From Escherichia coli O127:H6 str. E2348/69 (lineage in GTDB: Bacteria; Pseudomonadota; Gammaproteobacteria; Enterobacterales; Enterobacteriaceae), in assembly GCF_000026545.1 (NCBI RefSeq), contig NC_011601.1: DNA of 64,000 nucleotides; one strand, written 5' to 3'. Below are positions 44,451 through 54,598 of this stretch, piece by piece (the first letter of the stretch is position 1; the number at the start of each line of letters is the position of its first letter). The position numbers and the translations under genes are program-made. The notes under the pieces were generated by a model. It was not told the origin of the DNA. It did no database searches and saw nothing but the letters and a program-made list of their open reading frames with translations.

Positions 44451-44657
44451 GTGGGCCAGCTCATGGCAAAGGAGACAGCAGATAGCCGTACGGAATATGT
44501 CTATGATGCGGCAGACCTGCTACTGGAAATCCGCTGCAGATGGTCGTATGCCCGGGAAACGGACGCACCGGAGATTATCTGCTTCAGTTACGACAGACTG
44601 GGACAGTTGCTGACCGAGGAGACGGTGCAAAAATTCAAAATTATCCATTTAACCTAA
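44451..44657 (+). pseudogene. orphan rhs core fragment
   Basis: 68-aa ORF with Rhs-like EYVYDAADLL...YDRLGQLLTEE repeat sequence. Confidence 0.45.
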
Positions 44658-44959
44658 AAGTTCGTTGAGTTTTTCTGCATTGCCGGTAATTTTGGCATCT
44701 CCTTTGCCCGTGGCTTGTTTCAGCGTCTATAATGGGCGTTAATAAATTGGCAAGTCGGGAACTTGATGTTTTCTTAATGGTATGTTGGCAGAAGAATATG
44801 TTCTGCAATTTGACGATTTGTTGATGCTTTATTTAAAAGGGTGTAGTGCAAATATCTACAATTTCAAGTAGGCATTATTGTCGTAAAAACGCATCACCGG
44901 ACACACGACATTCACAATGTATGTTAATTTTACTGACAACTTTCAAAAGGAGCACAATC

Positions 44960-45187
44960 ATGCCGCACATCGACATTAAATGTTTTCCGCGTGAGCTGGA
45001 CGAACAACAAAAAGCAGCGCTTGCTGCAGATATTACCGACGTTATTATTCGCCATCTGAACAGTAAAGATAGCTCGATAAGCATTTCTCTACAGCAGATT
45101 CAACCAGAATCCTGGCAAGCTATCTGGGATGCCGAAATCGCGCCCCAAATGGAGGCTTTGATAAAGAAACCCGGTTACAGCATGTAA
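44960..45187 (+). CDS. pptA: tautomerase PptA
   Basis: 75-aa product [18 protein letters not shown]... from internal ATG of ORF 44846..45187. Confidence 0.85.
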   Translation: MPHIDIKCFPRELDEQQKAALAADITDVIIRHLNSKDSSISISLQQIQPESWQAIWDAEIAPQMEALIKKPGYSM

Positions 45188-45192
45188 AATGC

Positions 45193-45762
45193 TTAACCTG
45201 CCGTAACTCGCTTACCACTGGTAACAAACGTGCCAGCACCTAAATGATGCAACGTATTGAGCTTATCATCATCAAACTGCCAGCGGCCTTCGACAAATAC
45301 CCGTGCGTCTGCCGCTGCTGATACCACTTCGCCAAATAGCGTATCGTATTTTTCTTGCGCGGAAGTTGCAGGTAGCAGGCGACACTCCATCCACGCCAGA
45401 CATTTTTCCTCGACTAGCGGCAAACCAAGCACCGGGCCTCTCACTACCGGAATGCCGTAGCAATTAAATTTATCTTCTTCACGACCCGACACACTTCCCA
45501 CCGCCCACGTCCAGTTAGTCGCCGCAACGCCCGGGATAACGATGCCAAACTTACCGTTACGTTCAATCAACTCCCTGGTCCATGTCGATTTATCTACCAC
45601 AATCGCTACGCGTGGCGGTTCAAACTCTACGGGCATAGACCAGGCTGCTGCCATAATGTTACGCCGCTGGGATTGCTCATCGGAACTGGTGATCATGACA
45701 GTTGGGCCATGATTTAACAGACGGCTGGCATGGTGTAATTCGACGGGAATGAATTGGCTCAC
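45193..45762 (-). CDS. yddH: flavin reductase-like protein YddH
   Basis: 189-aa ORF. Confidence 0.85.
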   Translation of the reverse strand: MSQFIPVELHHASRLLNHGPTVMITSSDEQSQRRNIMAAAWSMPVEFEPPRVAIVVDKSTWTRELIERNGKFGIVIPGVAATNWTWAVGSVSGREEDKFNCYGIPVVRGPVLGLPLVEEKCLAWMECRLLPATSAQEKYDTLFGEVVSAAADARVFVEGRWQFDDDKLNTLHHLGAGTFVTSGKRVTAG

Positions 45763-45936
45763 GATATCGCCTCGCTATGAAGGGTGTTTTAAAAGCGTAG
45801 CTCGTAACGCAATAAGTAACGAAATTAACGGGATTGGCGATTTGCGAACGTGATGCATGTCCGCGATCGCACAAAATAGCCAGTGCGGCGTCTATTCCAG
45901 GTTATAAGTTGAGAAAACCACTAAGGGAAACGCCTG

Positions 45937-46782
45937 ATGACGCCCATTCTGAATCATTATTTTGCCCGTATTAACTGGTTGGGAGCTGCTGCGGCCAATA
46001 TTGATACGCTGCGTGCATTGCACCTGAAACACAATTGCACCATTCCGTTTGAAAATCTCGACGTTTTGCTGCCGAGGGAAATACAGCTTGATGATCAATC
46101 GCTGGAAGATAAACTGGTGATAGCCCGTCGTGGCGGTTACTGTTTTGAGCAGAATGGCGTGTTTGAGCGGGTGTTACGCGAGCTGGGGTTTAACGTTCGC
46201 AGCTTGTTAGGTCGCGTAGTGTTATCAAATCCGCCAGCATTACCGCCGCGCACCCATCGTTTGCTGTTGGTGGAACTGGAAGGGGAAAAATGGATTGCTG
46301 ATGTCGGTTTCGGTGGGCAGACGCTAACCGCGCCGATTCGTTTAATGCCGGATATCATGCAAACCACGCCACACGGAGAGTATCGGTTGTTGCAAGAGGG
46401 TGATGATTGGGTATTGCAGTTTAATCATCATCAGCACTGGCAGTCGATGTACCGTTTTGATCTCTGCGAGCAGCAACAAAGCGATTATGTGATGGGCAAT
46501 TTCTGGTCGGCGCACTGGCCGCAGTCGCATTTTCGCCATCATTTGCTGATGTGTCGCCATTTGCCGGACGGTGGCAAGCTAACGCTGACCAATTTTCATT
46601 TTACCCATTATGAAAATGGGCACGCAGTTGAGCAGCGAAATCTACCAGATGTGGCGCCGTTATATGCCGTGATGCAGGAACAGTTTGGTCTGGGCGTAGA
46701 TGATGCGAAACATGGCTTTACTGTGGATGAGTTAGCGCTGGTGATGGCGGCGTTTGATACGCACCCGGAGGCGGGAAAATAA
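45937..46782 (+). CDS. nhoA: arylamine N-acetyltransferase NhoA
   Basis: 281-aa ORF. Confidence 0.9.
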   Translation: MTPILNHYFARINWLGAAAANIDTLRALHLKHNCTIPFENLDVLLPREIQLDDQSLEDKLVIARRGGYCFEQNGVFERVLRELGFNVRSLLGRVVLSNPPALPPRTHRLLLVELEGEKWIADVGFGGQTLTAPIRLMPDIMQTTPHGEYRLLQEGDDWVLQFNHHQHWQSMYRFDLCEQQQSDYVMGNFWSAHWPQSHFRHHLLMCRHLPDGGKLTLTNFHFTHYENGHAVEQRNLPDVAPLYAVMQEQFGLGVDDAKHGFTVDELALVMAAFDTHPEAGK

Positions 46783-46792
46783 TTTATGTCAG

Positions 46793-46873
46793 GTTGCCGG
46801 ATGTGGCGTAAATGCCTTATCCGGCATACATTAGCCCGGTTGTAGACCTGATAAGCGAAGCGCATCAGGCAAC
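46793..46873. repeat. REP/BIME palindromic repeat unit pair
   Basis: gccggatgtggcgtaaatgccttatccggc and inverted cctgataagcgaagcgcatcaggc. Confidence 0.6.
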
Positions 46874-46877
46874 GGTT

Positions 46878-47771
46878 TCAGAGTTCAATTGCCCATTCGG
46901 CATGAAACAAAATCACCGCCGTGCCAGAAATGGTGACTTTCTCCGGTTGGTTATCGCGAATTGTCACCGTCACTTCAATTACGCCGTCACGCCCTAATGC
47001 GCGCCCTTGATGGCCTTTAACACGCAACACGTTGCCATCGTGGGGCAATACGTTGTGATGTACTAACCATGCACCCATCGGGCCATTGGCATTGCCAGTC
47101 ACCGGATCTTCCACAATACCAATCGCAGGCGAGAACATGCGACCATCGGTTTCGTTTTTGCCTGGGCGGATCTGGAACGGGAAGAAACCATTGCAGCCAA
47201 TCTGCTTGCTGATTGCGGTCAGCGCAGCAAGGTCAGGCGAAAGGGCGTCGATATCCACTTCCGGCTTCAGTGGAATCATCACTTTTGAGTGTCCTGTGGT
47301 TGCCACCTGGATCGGCAAATCCAGCAGAATATTGTCTTCGGTAAGATGCAATGCGTTGAGAATTGCCGCACGTGTTTCACCTTCCAGCGGTGGTTCAAAG
47401 CCCGGCGCACCTTGTTCCAGCGAAATACGATAATCATCGTTATGCTTTTCGATAGTCACGCGGTGTTTTCCTGCCAGCGATGTTTGCCAGACCGTGCAAT
47501 TTCCTAAACCTAACACCTTTGCACGTACATAGTGCGCAGCTACTGTCGCGTGACCACAAATCGGAACTTCAACCGTTGGCGTAAAGTAGCGGATGTGCAC
47601 ATCGCTGTCGTCGCTGTGCAGCAGAAAAGCAGTTTCCGAATGACCTAATTCGCGGGCGATAAGCTGCATTTGCGCTTCGCTGAGATTATCGGCGGGGAAA
47701 ACAACACCGGCAGAATTGCCGCGAAATGGTTGAGAGGTAAAAGCATCGACGTGGTAAACCTGCGGTTTCAT
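46878..47771 (-). CDS. yddE: PhzF-family isomerase YddE
   Basis: 297-aa ORF. Confidence 0.9.
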   Translation of the reverse strand: MKPQVYHVDAFTSQPFRGNSAGVVFPADNLSEAQMQLIARELGHSETAFLLHSDDSDVHIRYFTPTVEVPICGHATVAAHYVRAKVLGLGNCTVWQTSLAGKHRVTIEKHNDDYRISLEQGAPGFEPPLEGETRAAILNALHLTEDNILLDLPIQVATTGHSKVMIPLKPEVDIDALSPDLAALTAISKQIGCNGFFPFQIRPGKNETDGRMFSPAIGIVEDPVTGNANGPMGAWLVHHNVLPHDGNVLRVKGHQGRALGRDGVIEVTVTIRDNQPEKVTISGTAVILFHAEWAIEL

Positions 47772-47850
47772 TAATGTTCTCCTGTGGCTGGAGAATTATC
47801 ATAGCCTGCAAGTGGCCGGAGAGCGAAGGGCTATCCGGCCCGCGTGAGAA

Positions 47851-48531
47851 TTAACGCCGCGAACGCACAATCTGATACCGACGAGTAAAGTACTCAAACG
47901 GCGCGCTCCAGACATGCACCAGTCGGGTGAACGGGAAGAGCAGGAAGATGGTCATTCCAAGCACCAGATGAACGCGGAATATAAAGGCGACACCATCAAG
48001 ATGCGTAGATGCACCGCCCTGGAAAGTGACAATGCTTTGCGCCCAGCCCACCAGCTTCATCATTTCACTGCCGTCCGGATGTTGTGCTGAAAAAGGAATG
48101 GTGGTTAACCCGAGAATGCACTGAATTAACAAAATGGCGAGGATCAGGATATCCGCACCAGAAGACGTCGCCCTGATACGCGGATTTGTTAAACGACGCA
48201 CCAGTAGCCCCGCACCGCCAATCAGCGTCAATACCCCGCATATTCCGCCGAGGATCATCGCCATCTGCTGTTTTACCGCCACCGGCAGAAACCACGCGTA
48301 CATCCAGTGCGGCGTTAACATGCCGAACAGATGACCGAAGAAGATCCCCAGAATGCCGATATGGAACAAGTTTGACCACAGCACCATCCCGCGTTTATCC
48401 AGCATCTGGCTGGAGGCGGCGCGCCAGGTATACTGCCCGTAGTCGTAGCGCAGCCAGCTTCCAAGGATAAAAACCGTGCCACACAAGTACGGGTAGATAT
48501 CGTAAAAAAAGACGTTCAGATACTGAATCAT
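47851..48531 (-). CDS. narV: nitrate reductase Z gamma subunit
   Basis: 226-aa membrane ORF, operon narZYWV. Confidence 0.9.
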   Translation of the reverse strand: MIQYLNVFFYDIYPYLCGTVFILGSWLRYDYGQYTWRAASSQMLDKRGMVLWSNLFHIGILGIFFGHLFGMLTPHWMYAWFLPVAVKQQMAMILGGICGVLTLIGGAGLLVRRLTNPRIRATSSGADILILAILLIQCILGLTTIPFSAQHPDGSEMMKLVGWAQSIVTFQGGASTHLDGVAFIFRVHLVLGMTIFLLFPFTRLVHVWSAPFEYFTRRYQIVRSRR

Positions 48532-49223
48532 TTCTCACCTCCCGCACTGATGTCGACATACTGCGGCGCGACATCCTGGCTAAAGCGTCGCTGATATTGA
48601 TTAAGCGGCGAGCTGTCACACGCCGTGGCGTTATCTTCAATAAACTTCACCTGTTCTTCTTCCCACACCGCATCCAGCGCCTGGCGGGTGTCGTCACGCT
48701 CTTCACTGCGAATCTGTTTTGTGACACTGTCACTTGACAGAGGGCTTCCTGCCAGTTGCAACAGGGCGTCAAATAACGCGTACCACGGTGCCTCGCGTTG
48801 TTTTAAGCGTCCGCCAAGCAGGGCGAGGATCGGCGCAACGTTGAGCAAGCCTTCTTTCGCCTGATCGTCCGGCAGTACGCTTAAGTACTCCAGATACAGC
48901 GGTAGATAATCGGGCAGTTCTCGACAATCCAACTGCAGGCCGACCTTTTCATACTCCGCCAGCAGGTCCACCATTGCCTGGCCGCGATCGCGGGACTCGG
49001 CATGAACATGTTCGAACAGCAGCAGCGATGTGGTACGTCCACGGTCAAACACTTCGCACCATTCGGCCTGTTTATCCAGCAGCGGCGCATTAAGCAGGTT
49101 GCGGGTAAAATCCGTAAGCATCGGTGCGTCGCGGCGGATCAACGCCAGCGCGTCCTCCTTACATTCCCACAACAGCTCGTCCGGATACTCCATCAACAGG
49201 CCGATCACTTTGAGGATCTGCAT
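48528..49223 (-). CDS. narW: nitrate reductase Z assembly chaperone
   Basis: 231-aa ORF overlapping neighbours by 4 nt. Confidence 0.9.
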   Translation of the reverse strand: MQILKVIGLLMEYPDELLWECKEDALALIRRDAPMLTDFTRNLLNAPLLDKQAEWCEVFDRGRTTSLLLFEHVHAESRDRGQAMVDLLAEYEKVGLQLDCRELPDYLPLYLEYLSVLPDDQAKEGLLNVAPILALLGGRLKQREAPWYALFDALLQLAGSPLSSDSVTKQIRSEERDDTRQALDAVWEEEQVKFIEDNATACDSSPLNQYQRRFSQDVAPQYVDISAGGEK

Positions 49224-50767
49224 TATTCACCCTCCGCTTTGTCGCGCACTTCGGTGATGTTGATGGCATCGATACGGCTACTGTTGAACAGGTTGAATTT
49301 GCTGTCCGAACCGTGGCAACCGTCGCCAAAGGTAAAACCGCAGCCGTTGCGTTCTGCGAAGGCATCGCCCGCCATTTCCCGATGGCTTGTCGGGATGACG
49401 AAACGATCTTCATAGTTGGCAATGGCGAGGTAACGATACATCTCTTCGACCTGGGCGACGCTCAGACCTACTTCGTCGATGGCACGAGTATCAGTAACGC
49501 CTTCCACGGTTTGTGAACGCATATAGTGGCGCATCGCCATCATCCGTTTCAGCGCCCGCAGTACCGGACCGGTATCACCGGCACTCAACATATTGGCGAG
49601 ATATTGCACCGGAATACGCAGGCTTTCGATGGCGGGCAGCACGCCTTCGCTTTTCGGCAAACCTCCCGCATCAGCGTAGGACTGAATCGGTGACAGCGGA
49701 GGAACGTACCAGACCATCGGCAGGGTGCGATATTCAGGGTGCAGCGGTAGTGCCAGTTTCCAGTCCATCGCCATTTTGTAGACAGGCGAACGCTGGGCAG
49801 CGTCAATCACGTTTTGTGGAATACCTTGTTTCAGGGCTTCTTCGATCACCGAGGGATCGTGCGGATCGAGGAACACTTCGCACTGGCGTTCATAGAGATC
49901 GACCTCTCGTTCGGTACTCGCTGCTTCTTCGATGCGGTCGGCGTCGTAGAGCAGCACGCCAAGATAACGAATGCGACCCACGCAGGTTTCGGAGCAGACT
50001 GTTGGCTGACCGGACTCAATTCGCGGATAACAGAAAATACATTTTTCTGACTTACCGCTTTTCCAGTTGAAGTAGATTTTTTTGTATGGGCAACCGCTAA
50101 TGCACAAACGCCAGCCACGGCATTTATCCTGATCGATCAGCACAATGCCGTCTTCTTCGCGTTTGTAGATAGCGCCGCTGGGGCAGGTCGCTACACAACT
50201 GGGGTTAAGGCAGTGTTCGCACAGGCGCGGCAGGTACATCATGAAGGTGTTTTCAAACTGCCCGTACATCTCCTTTTGCATGGCCTCGAAGTTGCGGTCG
50301 CGAGCTCGTTTTTCAAATTCGCCGCCCAGCAGTTCTTCCCAGTTTGGGCCCCAGATCACTTTGTCCATCCGTTTGCCGTCAATCAGTGAACGCGGACGGG
50401 CGGTGGGAATATGTTTGCCTTCCGGCGCGCTATGCAAATGTTCGTAGTAGAAGGTGAAAGGTTCGTAGTAATCGTCAATCTGCGGCACTACCGGGTTGGC
50501 GAAAATTTTGGTAATCACGCCCATTTTGCTGCCCAGACGCGGGCGTATCTTGCCATTCACATCACGCACCCAGCCGCCTTGCCACTCATCCTGATCTTCC
50601 CAGTTTTTCGGGTAACCAATGCCCGGTTTGGTTTCGACGTTGTTAAACCATGCGTACTCCATGCCTTCGCGTCCGGTCCAGACGTTTTTACAGGTCACCG
50701 AACAGGTATGGCAGCCGATACATTTATCGAGGTTAAGCACCATGCCGACTTGCGAACGTATTTTCAT
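49223..50767 (-). CDS. narY: nitrate reductase Z beta subunit (Fe-S)
   Basis: 514-aa ORF with multiple Cys clusters. Confidence 0.95.
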   Translation of the reverse strand: MKIRSQVGMVLNLDKCIGCHTCSVTCKNVWTGREGMEYAWFNNVETKPGIGYPKNWEDQDEWQGGWVRDVNGKIRPRLGSKMGVITKIFANPVVPQIDDYYEPFTFYYEHLHSAPEGKHIPTARPRSLIDGKRMDKVIWGPNWEELLGGEFEKRARDRNFEAMQKEMYGQFENTFMMYLPRLCEHCLNPSCVATCPSGAIYKREEDGIVLIDQDKCRGWRLCISGCPYKKIYFNWKSGKSEKCIFCYPRIESGQPTVCSETCVGRIRYLGVLLYDADRIEEAASTEREVDLYERQCEVFLDPHDPSVIEEALKQGIPQNVIDAAQRSPVYKMAMDWKLALPLHPEYRTLPMVWYVPPLSPIQSYADAGGLPKSEGVLPAIESLRIPVQYLANMLSAGDTGPVLRALKRMMAMRHYMRSQTVEGVTDTRAIDEVGLSVAQVEEMYRYLAIANYEDRFVIPTSHREMAGDAFAERNGCGFTFGDGCHGSDSKFNLFNSSRIDAINITEVRDKAEGE

Positions 50768-53700
50768 TTTTTCGCCTCCTGAACCTGATCGCGACCTTCA
50801 TCATCCAGCCAGTTAACGTTCTTCATTTTGCGGATCATAATGAATTCGTCGCGGCTCGAGCCGACGGTGCCGTAGTAGTTAAAGCCCCAGGCCAGCTGCG
50901 CGTAACCGCCAATCATATGCGTTGGTTTCGGGCAAACGCGGGTAACCGAGTTATGAATGCCGCCGCGCATGCCAGTTACTTCCGAACCAGGAATATTCAT
51001 AATGCGTTCCTGGGCGTGATACATCATGGTCATGCCCGGCGGTACACGTTGGCTGACCACCGCGCGGGCAGTCAGCGCGCCGTTGGCGTTAAATACTTCC
51101 ACCCAGTCGTTATCGACAATGGTCAGTTCTTGGGCATCGGTTTCGCTGATCCAGACAATCGGTCCACCGCGAGAGAGCGTCAGCATTAGCAGGTTTTCAC
51201 TGTAGGTTGAGTGAATGCCCCATTTCTGGTGCGGCGTCAGGAAGTTAAGTGCTTTTTCCGGGAAGCCGTTTGGCGGTATCTGGCGCATTTCACTGACGCT
51301 ACGGGTGTCGATAGGCGGGCGATAAGCCACCAGACTTTCACCAAAAGCACGCATCCACGGATGATCCTGATAGAGTTGCTGGCGTCCCGACAGCGTGCGC
51401 CACGGAATTAACTCATGAACGTTGGTGTATCCCGCGTTATAGGAAACGTGATCGCTTTCCAGACCAGACCATGTGGGGCTGGAGATAATTTTACGCGGCT
51501 GCGCCTGAATATCGCGAAAGCGAATCTTCTCGTCCTCTTTGTGCAGCGCCAGATGGGTATGTTCGCGTCCGGTGATCTCGCCCAGCGCTTGCCACGCTTT
51601 GACTGCAACATGGCCGTTGGTTTCCGGTGCCAGCGCCAGAATCACTTCTGATGCGTCAATGGCGGTATCAATCAGCGGACGCCCCTGTGCCGGGCCATCA
51701 CGCTTGGTGTAATTGAGTTTACCGAGGAAATCGATTTCATCCTGGGTATTCCACGAAATCCCTTTACCGCCGTTGCCAAGTTTGTCCATCAATGGCCCGA
51801 GTGAGGTAAAGCGTTCATAGGTAGCAGGGTAGTCGCGCTCCACCGCCACAATATTCGGCGCGGTTTTGCCTGGAATCAGATCGCATTCACCTTTGCGCCA
51901 GTCGAGCACTTCACACGGCTGTGAAAGCTCTGCCGGGGAGTCATGCAGCAGTGGTTGTAATACCACGTCGGTTTCTTTGCCAAGATGGCCCACGCACACT
52001 TGCGAAAAGGCTTTGGCAATACCTTTGTAGATTTCCCAGTCGCTGCGTGATTCCCACGCCGGATCGACCGCCGCAGATAGGGGATGAATAAACGGATGCA
52101 TATCCGAGGTGTTCATATCGTCTTTTTCGTACCAGGTGGCGGTGGGCAGAACGATATCGGAGAACAGGCAGGTACTGGACATACGGAAGTCGAGCGTCAC
52201 CAGCAGGTCGAGCTTGCCTTCAATCGCCGCAGTTTGCCACTCGACTTCTTCTGGTTTGATCCCGTCGCTGGCACCGAGTTCCTGACCCTGAATCCCACTT
52301 TCGGTTCCCAGCAGATACTTCTGCATATACTCGTGGCCTTTGCCGGAGGAGCCAAGCAGGTTAGAACGCCAGACAAACAAATTACGCGGATGATTGCTGC
52401 CGCTATCTGGTTGTTCGCAGGCCATGCGTAAATCGCCCGATTTCAGCGCCTGGGCGGTAAATTCTGTGGGGGATAATCCGGCCTTGTCGGCTTCAGCTTT
52501 AATCCCGAGCGGGTTACGCCCCAACTGCGGCGCAGAAGGTAGCCAGCCCATACGTTCGGCGCGAACGTTGAAATCAATCAGGTGACCGCTGTATTTACTG
52601 GCATCGGCGAGCGGTGAGAGCAATTCCTGCGCGGTGACTTTTTCATAGCGCCACTGGCTGGAGTGATTGTAGAAAAACGAGGTGCTGTTCATCTGGCGCG
52701 GTGGCCGGTTCCAGTCGAGCGCAAAGGCCAGAGGCAGCCAGCCGGTTTGTGGGCGCAGTTTTTCCTGACCGACATAGTGCGCCCAGCCGCCGCCGCTTTG
52801 CCCGACACAACCGCAGAAGATCAGCATATTGATCATCCCGCGGTAGTTCATGTCCATGTGATACCAGTGGTTAACACCTGCGCCGAGAATAATCATCGAG
52901 CGCCCATGCGTTTTATGAGCGGTATCGGCAAATTCACGGGCGATGGTTTCAATATACTGGCGCGGTACGCCGGTAATTTGCTCGCCCCAGGCAGGGGTGT
53001 AAGGTTTGATTTCAGCGTAATCTTTCGCGCTGTTTTCATCTTCCAGCCCGCGATCGAGGCCGTAATTTGCCAGTACCAGATCATAAACGCTGACCACCGG
53101 ACAGGTGCTACCATCGGCTAATGTCAGGTTTTTAACGGGCAATTGGCGCACCAGGACAGGATTGTGTTTTACGCTGCGAAAATGTGGATTTTCAATGCCG
53201 CCAAAGTAGGGGAAGGCCACGCCTGCAACGGCGTCATGTTGACCGAGCAGAGTTAACGACAATTCGGTTTCCGTACCGGCGGCAATGGATTCCAGGTTCC
53301 ATTTGCCTTTTTCTCCCCAGCGAAAACCAATCGAACCGTTCGGCACTACCAATTCACCTGCGGTATTAACTGCCACGGTTTTCCACTGCGGATTATTGCT
53401 TTCGCCCAGTCCATCCACCAGGTCAGATGCGCGGACCATGCGCCCGGGAACGTAGCTGCCGTCGTCGCGAGGTTCCAGCATTACCAGCATCGGCATGTCG
53501 CTGTAGCGGCGGCAGTAGTTGATAAAATAATCGCTGGGATTATCGAGATGAAACTCTTTTAAAATGACATGGCCCATTGCCATTGCCAGGGCACTATCAG
53601 TGCCTTGTTTCGGTGCCAGCCACTGGTCGCACAATTTGGCCACTTCAGAGTAGTCAGGGGTAATGGCGATGGTTTTAGTGCCTTTGTAGCGTACTTCGGT

Positions 53701-54504
53701 AAAGAAATGGGCGTCCGGCGTACGTGTCTGCGGTACGTTAGACCCCCAGGCGATGATGTAACTGGAGTTATACCAGTCGGCAGATTCCGGTACGTCGGTT
53801 TGCTCACCCCAGGTCATCGGCGAGGCGGGCGGCAGGTCGCAATACCAGTCGTAGAAGCTTAAACAGGTGCCACCTAACAGCGACAGATAGCGTGTTCCGG
53901 CGGCGTAAGAAACCATCGACATCGCCGGAATCGGCGAGAAACCGGCAACGCGATCCGGGCCATAGGTTTTGATGGTCCAGACGTTAGCAGCGGCAATCAG
54001 CTGATTTAGCTCCTGCCAGTTGGAGCGGATAAAGCCACCGCGTCCACGCACTTGTTTGTAGCTCAGGCACTTTTGCGGATCGTTCATAATCGATGCCCAC
54101 GCCAGTACCGGATCGCTGTGTTGCTTGAGGGCTTCGCGCCACAGTTCAATCAGTCGTTTACGAATGAGCGGGTATTTCAGGCGGTTAGCGCTGTAGAGAT
54201 ACCAGGAGTAACTTGCGCCACGCGGGCAGCCGCGAGGTTCATGATTTGGCAGGTCAGGGCGAGTGCGCGGGTAGTCGGTCTGTTGGATTTCCCAGGTCAC
54301 CAGACCATTTTTAACGTAGATTTTCCAGCTACAGGAGCCTGTACAGTTAACACCGTGGGTGGAACGCACGATTTTGTCGAACTGCCAACGCTGGCGATAG
54401 CTGTCCTCCCAGTCGCGGTTGCTATGCATCACCTGTCCGTGACCATCGGCAAAGGTTTCGCCCTTTTGTTTGAAGTAGCGAAAGCGATCCAAAAGTTTAC
54501 TCAT
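50764..54504 (-). CDS. narZ: nitrate reductase Z alpha subunit (molybdopterin)
   Basis: 1246-aa product from internal ATG (MSKLLDRFRYF...) of ORF 50764..54627. Confidence 0.95.
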   Translation of the reverse strand: MSKLLDRFRYFKQKGETFADGHGQVMHSNRDWEDSYRQRWQFDKIVRSTHGVNCTGSCSWKIYVKNGLVTWEIQQTDYPRTRPDLPNHEPRGCPRGASYSWYLYSANRLKYPLIRKRLIELWREALKQHSDPVLAWASIMNDPQKCLSYKQVRGRGGFIRSNWQELNQLIAAANVWTIKTYGPDRVAGFSPIPAMSMVSYAAGTRYLSLLGGTCLSFYDWYCDLPPASPMTWGEQTDVPESADWYNSSYIIAWGSNVPQTRTPDAHFFTEVRYKGTKTIAITPDYSEVAKLCDQWLAPKQGTDSALAMAMGHVILKEFHLDNPSDYFINYCRRYSDMPMLVMLEPRDDGSYVPGRMVRASDLVDGLGESNNPQWKTVAVNTAGELVVPNGSIGFRWGEKGKWNLESIAAGTETELSLTLLGQHDAVAGVAFPYFGGIENPHFRSVKHNPVLVRQLPVKNLTLADGSTCPVVSVYDLVLANYGLDRGLEDENSAKDYAEIKPYTPAWGEQITGVPRQYIETIAREFADTAHKTHGRSMIILGAGVNHWYHMDMNYRGMINMLIFCGCVGQSGGGWAHYVGQEKLRPQTGWLPLAFALDWNRPPRQMNSTSFFYNHSSQWRYEKVTAQELLSPLADASKYSGHLIDFNVRAERMGWLPSAPQLGRNPLGIKAEADKAGLSPTEFTAQALKSGDLRMACEQPDSGSNHPRNLFVWRSNLLGSSGKGHEYMQKYLLGTESGIQGQELGASDGIKPEEVEWQTAAIEGKLDLLVTLDFRMSSTCLFSDIVLPTATWYEKDDMNTSDMHPFIHPLSAAVDPAWESRSDWEIYKGIAKAFSQVCVGHLGKETDVVLQPLLHDSPAELSQPCEVLDWRKGECDLIPGKTAPNIVAVERDYPATYERFTSLGPLMDKLGNGGKGISWNTQDEIDFLGKLNYTKRDGPAQGRPLIDTAIDASEVILALAPETNGHVAVKAWQALGEITGREHTHLALHKEDEKIRFRDIQAQPRKIISSPTWSGLESDHVSYNAGYTNVHELIPWRTLSGRQQLYQDHPWMRAFGESLVAYRPPIDTRSVSEMRQIPPNGFPEKALNFLTPHQKWGIHSTYSENLLMLTLSRGGPIVWISETDAQELTIVDNDWVEVFNANGALTARAVVSQRVPPGMTMMYHAQERIMNIPGSEVTGMRGGIHNSVTRVCPKPTHMIGGYAQLAWGFNYYGTVGSSRDEFIMIRKMKNVNWLDDEGRDQVQEAKK

Positions 54505-54598
54505 GACATAACTCCTGCTCCAGGAATGAATTGGGATCTGATGCCTTGTCGGATGAGACACGGTTGTAGCCTGATAAGACGTGTCAGGCATCGATCTC

